From an uncultured Christensenellaceae bacterium (lineage in GTDB: Bacteria > Bacillota > Clostridia > Christensenellales > UBA3700), in NCBI GenBank assembly GCA_944376205.1, contig CALWBV010000002.1, positions 72,520 to 136,519 of the forward strand: a DNA stretch of 64,000 nt, written 5' to 3'. Positions 58,389 through 64,000 of this stretch are shown here, in pieces. The notes below the pieces were generated by a model. That model was not told the origin of the DNA, did not search any database, and saw nothing but the letters and a program-made list of their open reading frames with translations. Positions within the stretch are counted from its first letter, which is position 1. Every line of letters begins with the position of its first letter. Position numbers and translations under genes: made by a program.

Positions 58389-60041
58389 TCAGTCTTTGCC
58401 CATATTTTCTATCATCTTGTCCACTATATCGATACTTTCCTGCATATGGTATTTTTCGCTGCGGACAATAAGTCTGTTTTTGAGATACTTGAGGTCTTTT
58501 TTGTTTACGGCAATCGAGCTGTCGTCGAGATAACTCGTCAACAACGAATAGAGATTCTTGTTGACTCCCACTTTGCTGTCGCCGCCGCAAGCATAAAACA
58601 TTTTGAGGAAGTTTTTATACTTATTTTCTCTTGCATCCTTGTCGAGAGGAACAAAATGCTCATTCATAAATCCACACAAATTGTCTATAAATTTCAACTC
58701 GTCTTTATCGAGAATCACACTCTCTGTCGCCTGCTTTTTCGCACGCATAAACGACAGATAATTCATAGACATAGGCTTGACATAATCTATTTTATCCTCT
58801 ACTTTGCACATTCTCACGTCCACAACGCACGCAAGTCCGTAGACCTTTTCGGGTATGCGGTATTTGCCTTCATCCCTGACTTCAACGCCTATAAACCAGT
58901 TATTATCGGCACAATCGAGAAGTCCGTATGGTGCATTTGCGGGATATTTGCTATCGTCTATGTTTGACTGGATATCGATTACTTTTTTATCGCTGTTGAG
59001 TTGATTGAGCACGGGCGCCAGATACTTTTCTACCCTCGCATTGTTTATTTCGTCCATAACAATGAGATTGATCGTATTGGTAAGATAAGTGCTTTTATAT
59101 ACCGCTGTCAGAAAAGGCGTGGCATGAAACGTCTTGGAATAATCGTTGTAAAAACCTATGAGGTCCCTTTCGTCTCTCCAATTGGAAAGCACCTCGATAT
59201 CCGTACATTCAGCACCCGTAAATTTGGCAAAATAATTGGCAAGATCGGTACAGTTTACGTCCTCTTTGTTTCCGCGGAGAATAACGAATCTGTTGTTTGC
59301 CATAGCACTTACGAAAGCCTGTACCGTGGCAAGAGTATAGAATTTTTTATTGCGCCACAGATATCTGCAAAAACTGTTGCAAAAGTCCTTGAGGTTTATC
59401 TCCTGAAAACTGAAATCCTCTTGATAATTTTGATATGCGGCGTCTATGCTCATCAATTTAGGAAAAACCGTTCCGTTACTTTTGAATCCGGAAATTTTGA
59501 ATTTAACGTGTTTGCCTGAAATTGCATCTCTTTCAATTTTTATACGGATTTTTTTGATTATCCATTCGGCAAATATTTCTATAATGAAAAATATCATTAT
59601 GAGTACTGCATATACCGCCAAAGTATAATAAATATTCAGTAGATCCGCCCATACGAATTCTCTGCCCAATTTATATCTGTGTACAAAATAATACGTCAAA
59701 ACCATTATAACCGAGCCGATTACCCAGCATACGGCAAAAACAGCCGCCGAAATTCTGACGATTTTTTTATTTTCCTTATATTTCACAGCCATTGCTTTGC
59801 AAAAATTCGTTGCAAAATACACATAAATTATATCGAGTACGAAAATTATCAAAACCGCCCAAGACAATTGGTGTATGGAAAAGCTTTTTGGTGAAGTTGG
59901 CATACGCAAAGCTATGGTATCGAACGCTGCGCCGTTGTTGAGCAAACTCAATACTATGAGCGCCCCCGACATAACAAACAATATCTTAAAAAAACCGTTC
60001 CATATAAATCTGCCGAATAATTTGTTTGTTTTCTCTCTCAT
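58389..60041 (-). CDS. Membrane protein: 4 TM helices fused to a McrB/AAA_5-like domain lacking a P-loop
   Basis: 550 aa. Hydrophobic helices at ~aa 12-34, 58-80, 94-118 and 133-160. Walker-B/DEINRA-like LIVMDEINNARVEKYLAPVLNQL (aa 326-348) is preceded by WRDERDLIGFYND. The position expected for GxxGxGK[ST] reads VILRGNKEDVNCT. The gene is visibly AT-richer than its neighbours. Confidence 0.6.
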   Translation of the reverse strand: MREKTNKLFGRFIWNGFFKILFVMSGALIVLSLLNNGAAFDTIALRMPTSPKSFSIHQLSWAVLIIFVLDIIYVYFATNFCKAMAVKYKENKKIVRISAAVFAVCWVIGSVIMVLTYYFVHRYKLGREFVWADLLNIYYTLAVYAVLIMIFFIIEIFAEWIIKKIRIKIERDAISGKHVKFKISGFKSNGTVFPKLMSIDAAYQNYQEDFSFQEINLKDFCNSFCRYLWRNKKFYTLATVQAFVSAMANNRFVILRGNKEDVNCTDLANYFAKFTGAECTDIEVLSNWRDERDLIGFYNDYSKTFHATPFLTAVYKSTYLTNTINLIVMDEINNARVEKYLAPVLNQLNSDKKVIDIQSNIDDSKYPANAPYGLLDCADNNWFIGVEVRDEGKYRIPEKVYGLACVVDVRMCKVEDKIDYVKPMSMNYLSFMRAKKQATESVILDKDELKFIDNLCGFMNEHFVPLDKDARENKYKNFLKMFYACGGDSKVGVNKNLYSLLTSYLDDSSIAVNKKDLKYLKNRLIVRSEKYHMQESIDIVDKMIENMGKD

Positions 60042-60195
60042 ACTTTGCCGTAATATTTATAGTTTATATAAATTTTATAACATATACTCTGCTTCTGTCA
60101 ATAACATTCTTCTTTAATAGATAATCGGGGCGGAATATGGATAGCAACAAAAAAATACCCAACATATTTCACACGAAATGCCGATATTAATAGGT

Positions 60196-60226
60196 AAAGC
60201 AAAACGGCGACTTGTCTGCCGCCGTT
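60196..60226 (-). terminator. Terminator downstream of the HMGL-like aldolase gene
   Basis: AAACGGCG-GCAGACAAGU-CGCCGUUU + UGCUUU on the minus strand. Confidence 0.65.
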
Positions 60227-60283
60227 TATAAGTCGATTTTATGTTGAAAGTCAATATCAAAATCGGTTTTATATCCCAAATTA

Positions 60284-61255
60284 TTATTCGAGACCCATGA
60301 GTTCCTGATAAATATTTGCATAGTCGGTACGCTTTTTCTTGATACAGTCAATAGCTCCCGAAGGATGTCTGTCAAGCACTCCAGTAATGAGGTAAGGGAT
60401 ATCGTATCCCCAAACCAATCCGCTCTCCTTGAGTTTGAGCATCTCTTCTTCGATAAACTTCAATACGGGATGCAATTTGTATTTGGGGTTTTTGAGGAAA
60501 CCGAGCAAAAGTTCGAGAGGACAATTGCCTGCTCCTCTGCCAAGACTGTTTACGGTGGCGTCAAGATAGTTTACGCCCGAAGCGACTGCGTCGATTGTGT
60601 TTGCAAAAGCAAGCTGTTGGTTATTGTGAGCATGAATACCTACATACTTATTGTATTTCGTCGCAACGTCGAGGTAAATATCCGAAAGTCGTCTGATCTG
60701 TTCGGGATAAAGCGAACCGTAGCTGTCCACAATATAAATACCGTCGGCAGGACTCTGTCCTATAAGTTCGAGAATTTGCTTGAGATCGCTGTCGTTGGAA
60801 TGAGAAATCGCCATAATATTGACAGTCGTCTCGTATCCCTTCTTTGCACAATGTTCGACCATGTCGATTGCGGCAGGTATAGTGTTTACGTAACTTGCTA
60901 CTCTGACCATGTCGATAACGCTTTCGTCTTTGGGCAAGATATCCTTTTCGACATCTGTTCTGCCAACGTCAGCCATTACGGAAATCTTAAGATCGGTATC
61001 GTTGTTGCCGACAATATCTCTTATATCCTGCTCATCGCAGAACTTCCATTTGCCGAATTTACTCTTGTCAAAAATCTCTTTAGATGCCTTATAACCGAAT
61101 TCCATATAATCCACACCGGCCTGAATATTGGTGTGATAGAGTTTTTTTACAAAATCGTCCTCAAAATAAAAATTATTCACCAATCCTCCGTCTCTCAACG
61201 TAGCATCAATGACCTTGATTTGCGGTCTGAATGTCAACAATGTTCCTTTGTCCAT
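60284..61255 (-). CDS. HMGL-like (DRE-TIM) aldolase/pyruvate carboxyltransferase-domain protein
   Basis: 323 aa; VIDATLRDGG N-terminal motif and HAHNN metal site. It lacks the LeuA/CimA C-terminal regulatory domain, so it is not called leuA. Confidence 0.8.
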   Translation of the reverse strand: MDKGTLLTFRPQIKVIDATLRDGGLVNNFYFEDDFVKKLYHTNIQAGVDYMEFGYKASKEIFDKSKFGKWKFCDEQDIRDIVGNNDTDLKISVMADVGRTDVEKDILPKDESVIDMVRVASYVNTIPAAIDMVEHCAKKGYETTVNIMAISHSNDSDLKQILELIGQSPADGIYIVDSYGSLYPEQIRRLSDIYLDVATKYNKYVGIHAHNNQQLAFANTIDAVASGVNYLDATVNSLGRGAGNCPLELLLGFLKNPKYKLHPVLKFIEEEMLKLKESGLVWGYDIPYLITGVLDRHPSGAIDCIKKKRTDYANIYQELMGLE

Positions 61256-61584
61256 AGTAAATACTCCTTTTTTAGTTATTCGGTTATATATAAAAAATTA
61301 TTTTAGCAATATTTTAGCATGCGCCGACATCAATTGCAAGACAATTTTTGATTTTTTTGCCACGAAATTGAAAAATCCTATCTTTTATTCGAACATACAA
61401 CTCAAAAATGACTCGTCAATGAGCATCTATAACCGCATACGTATAAATTCGAAAAGATAAATATATAAATATTTAGTACAAAATATTTTATCCGTATATT
61501 CTGATAATACAGCTAATACGGATTTTTTTTGCGATTTTATATATACCTTATCTTTTATCGAACAATTGCGTTGTAAAGACGCAA

Positions 61585-62268
61585 TTATTTATCTTCTTTT
61601 ATTTTATCGCTGTTGGACTTGATATCGCCCTTTGCATACTTGGGATTAGGTGCTTTACCCTTTCTAACCATGACTTCTCTGAATACGTCCTGTATACTTA
61701 TTCCGCTAGCTTCGGCAAGTACGAGACTGTGATACAGCAAATCGCAAAGTTCTCCTACAAGTTCGTCCTTTTTGCCTGCAACCGCCGCAATTACCGTCTC
61801 CGTAGCTTCTTCGCCGACTTTCTTGCATATTTTCTCTATGCCTTTATCGAAGAGATAATTTGTATAAGAGCCCTCGACTGGAGAGATACGGCGTTGTCTT
61901 ATTGTATCGGCGTCCTCAAACACCACCTTATAGTCAGGCACAAATTCAAACTCCTTAAGCGTGCGATAAAAACAACTTCTGTTGCCTGTATGACATGCTG
62001 CTCCCGTCTGCTCTATCTCGAGCAAAAGACAATCGCAGTCGCAATCGTATAATATTTTTTTGACTTTCTGAAGATGTCCGGAGGTTTCTCCTTTTTTCCA
62101 CAAACATTTTCTCGAACGGCTGTAATAATGAGCGTAACCGCTCTCAAGAGTTTTGGAAAGCGCTTCTTCGTTCATATAAGCCTGCATAAGCACTTCGCCC
62201 GTATAGACATCCTGTGCGATAGCCGGGACAAGTCCCTTTTCGTCATACTTGATTTTTACTTCTTCCAT
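61585..62268 (-). CDS. hisI: Bifunctional phosphoribosyl-AMP cyclohydrolase / phosphoribosyl-ATP pyrophosphatase
   Basis: 227 aa; HisI part ([17 protein letters not shown]...TGAACHTG) fused to the HisE part (LYHSLVL). Confidence 0.93.
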   Translation of the reverse strand: MEEVKIKYDEKGLVPAIAQDVYTGEVLMQAYMNEEALSKTLESGYAHYYSRSRKCLWKKGETSGHLQKVKKILYDCDCDCLLLEIEQTGAACHTGNRSCFYRTLKEFEFVPDYKVVFEDADTIRQRRISPVEGSYTNYLFDKGIEKICKKVGEEATETVIAAVAGKKDELVGELCDLLYHSLVLAEASGISIQDVFREVMVRKGKAPNPKYAKGDIKSNSDKIKEDK

Positions 62269-62281
62269 ACTTGTTTTCCCG

Positions 62282-63043
62282 TTACATTCTCACGGGTATA
62301 TTCTCCTTTGCCAAATATTCTTTGAGATCTTTTATTTCCAATTCCTTAAAGTGGAACAACGATGCCGCCAAAGCCGCGTCGGCTCCGACAGAATCGTCCA
62401 ACACTTCTTTGAAGTGTTCTTTCGTACCTGCGCCGCCGCTCGCAATAACGGGGATATTTACCGCCTGACATACTTTTTTTGTCAAATCGAGATCGTATCC
62501 TGCCTTTGTGCCGTCGCAATCCATAGATGTCAAAAGTATCTCTCCGGCGCCTCTTTTCTCCGCTTGCACCGCCCACTCGATTGCGTCTATTTCGGTGTTT
62601 ATCCTGCCGCCGTTGAGATACACGTCAAACGAACCTTTATCGTTTTTCTTGGCGTCTATCGCTACGACAACGCATTGTCTGCCGAACTTAAGCGCCGCTT
62701 CAGTGATAAGATCGGGATTTCTCACCGCCGCCGAATTAACGCTTATCTTATCCGCTCCCAGATTGAGAAGATTTCTGAAATGTTCAACCGACGAAATTCC
62801 GCCGCCTACGGTCAAAGGAATAAAGACCTGTTCGGCAGCTCTCGAGATAACGTCGTATATCGTCGCCCTGCCCTCATGCGTTGCCGTGATATCCAGAAAA
62901 ACTATCTCGTCGGCACGCATGGCATTGTATGCCTTGGCAACTTCTACGGGGTCGCCCGCGTCTATCAGATTGACGAAATTCACTCCTTTTACAACTCTGC
63001 CTTTGTTGATATCCAGACAGGGAATTATTCTCTTGTTAAGCAA
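62282..63043 (-). CDS. hisF: Imidazole glycerol phosphate synthase, cyclase subunit
   Basis: 253 aa; [22 protein letters not shown] and ASGGAG motifs. Confidence 0.96.
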   Translation of the reverse strand: MLNKRIIPCLDINKGRVVKGVNFVNLIDAGDPVEVAKAYNAMRADEIVFLDITATHEGRATIYDVISRAAEQVFIPLTVGGGISSVEHFRNLLNLGADKISVNSAAVRNPDLITEAALKFGRQCVVVAIDAKKNDKGSFDVYLNGGRINTEIDAIEWAVQAEKRGAGEILLTSMDCDGTKAGYDLDLTKKVCQAVNIPVIASGGAGTKEHFKEVLDDSVGADAALAASLFHFKELEIKDLKEYLAKENIPVRM

Positions 63044-63102
63044 TTTTTTCTCCTTGAAACATTATCTTTACATATTAAAACTTAATTGCGACGGATCGCA
63101 AA

Positions 63103-63810
63103 TCAGATTTTGAGCGCTTCTTCGAGGCTTATGTCGCCCGTATAAATGGCTCTGCCTAAAATCGCACCGTAAATTCCTCTTTCTTTAACCGCTCTGACAT
63201 CGTCTAAAGTCGCCATTCCGCCGCTTGCGATTATCTTCATACCGCTGTCAAGCGTAAGTTTTGCGGTTGAGTCTATATTTGCACCGCACAGCGCTCCGTC
63301 TCTGCTTATATCGGTATAAACTACCGTATCGACTCCTCGGTTCTTCATATCCAAAGCTACGTCTAAAGGTTTGAGATTACTCTTTTCCACCCAGCCTTTG
63401 ATTGCGACATAGCCGTCTTTTGCATCTATTCCCGCAACGATTTTATTGCCGTATATTGCACAGGCCTTGTCTGCAATATCGGGGTTTGTTACGCACGCAG
63501 TACCGACTATAACCCTGCTTGCTCCTACCTCTTCGAGATAAAACTTGATTTTATCGAGAGTTTTTATTCCTCCGCCTATCTGCACGGGTACGGAAACTTT
63601 TTTTATAAGTTCGACAAGAGTTTTTTTATTGACCGTACTGTCGTCAAACGCACCGTTGAGGTCTACGATATGCAAATATTGCGCACCCGACTCTTGCCAT
63701 TTGAGCGCACGCTCGACGGGAGTGCCGTAGTCCGTCACCATATCTCTCTTGCCGTATAGCAATCTTACGGCTCTGTTGTCCAATACGTCAACTGCAGGAA
63801 AAAGTATCAT
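63103..63810 (-). CDS. hisA: ProFAR isomerase (1-(5-phosphoribosyl)-5-[(5-phosphoribosylamino)methylideneamino]imidazole-4-carboxamide isomerase)
   Basis: 235 aa; ILFPAVDV, HIVDLNGA, QIGGGI and IASGG motifs. Confidence 0.94.
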   Translation of the reverse strand: MILFPAVDVLDNRAVRLLYGKRDMVTDYGTPVERALKWQESGAQYLHIVDLNGAFDDSTVNKKTLVELIKKVSVPVQIGGGIKTLDKIKFYLEEVGASRVIVGTACVTNPDIADKACAIYGNKIVAGIDAKDGYVAIKGWVEKSNLKPLDVALDMKNRGVDTVVYTDISRDGALCGANIDSTAKLTLDSGMKIIASGGMATLDDVRAVKERGIYGAILGRAIYTGDISLEEALKI

Positions 63811-63841
63811 TTTATCTCTCCGTTGTTAATCAATAGATAAG

Positions 63842-63887
63842 ACAAGCATTGCCGATTATAAAACCTTCTCGGCAAAAGCCTGCTTGT
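63842..63887 (-). promoter_or_regulatory. 5'UTR stem-loop upstream of hisA
   Basis: Minus strand ACAAGCA-GGCUU-UUGCCGA-N13-UCGGCAA-UGCUUGU (7+7 bp with a 5-nt bulge), ~30 nt before the hisA SD; no U-tract. Confidence 0.3.
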
Positions 63888-64000
63888 GCTGTACTTTGTA
63901 TTTTATAAGCTGTAAAATTGTCATTGATAACAATTATATAGCAGCTTTTTATCAGTTTTCAAATCAGCAAAGTTTACTGAAATTTGTGAGAAGCTTCAAT

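Noticed and set aside
61491-61529. Plus-strand hairpin CCGUAU...AUACGG followed by U8 in the spacer between two minus-strand genes
   Set aside because: I found no plus-strand promoter or ORF that it would terminate. It may simply act in reverse as a weak terminator or insulator after hisIE. The evidence is insufficient to call an sRNA.

Overview
About 64 kb of a moderate/low-GC Bacillota (Clostridia-like) chromosome, standard genetic code. It holds about 50 protein genes, most on the minus strand, and nearly all are core housekeeping. Main blocks: pnp-rpsO; a conserved Firmicute block of HemN/HemZ-like radical SAM, MBL hydrolase, dtd, relA, recJ, secF and secD; infC-rpmI-rplT with an L20-type attenuator leader and an ATT start for infC; thrS behind a Thr T-box; polA-coaE; type-2 ileS; pgi; ilvB-ilvC-ilvD-ilvA-ridA; and hisA-hisF-hisIE. 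I found no transposase, integrase, CRISPR array, toxin-antitoxin pair or recognisable defence operon, so I cannot point to a clear multi-gene novel system. Four loci are not explained by ordinary annotation. (1) A near-identical ~434-bp tandem array (2.3 copies) lies downstream of a stand-alone tRNA-Leu(GAG); each unit carries a tRNA 3'-end remnant, two intrinsic terminators and a GC-rich hairpin-containing block. (2) A solitary AT-rich gene encodes a 4-TM protein fused to a McrB/AAA_5-like core whose P-loop is destroyed. (3) An orphan MalK-like ABC ATPase has degenerate Q-loop, signature, catalytic Glu and H-loop. (4) A promoter, ~100-nt leader and terminator (candidate riboswitch or attenuator of unassigned class) precede a TM1266-like small ACT-fold protein and a NitT/TauT-type ABC importer. 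All protein calls come from motif-level reading of the supplied translations, and all RNA and promoter calls from reading the sequence by eye. No database search or folding program was run.
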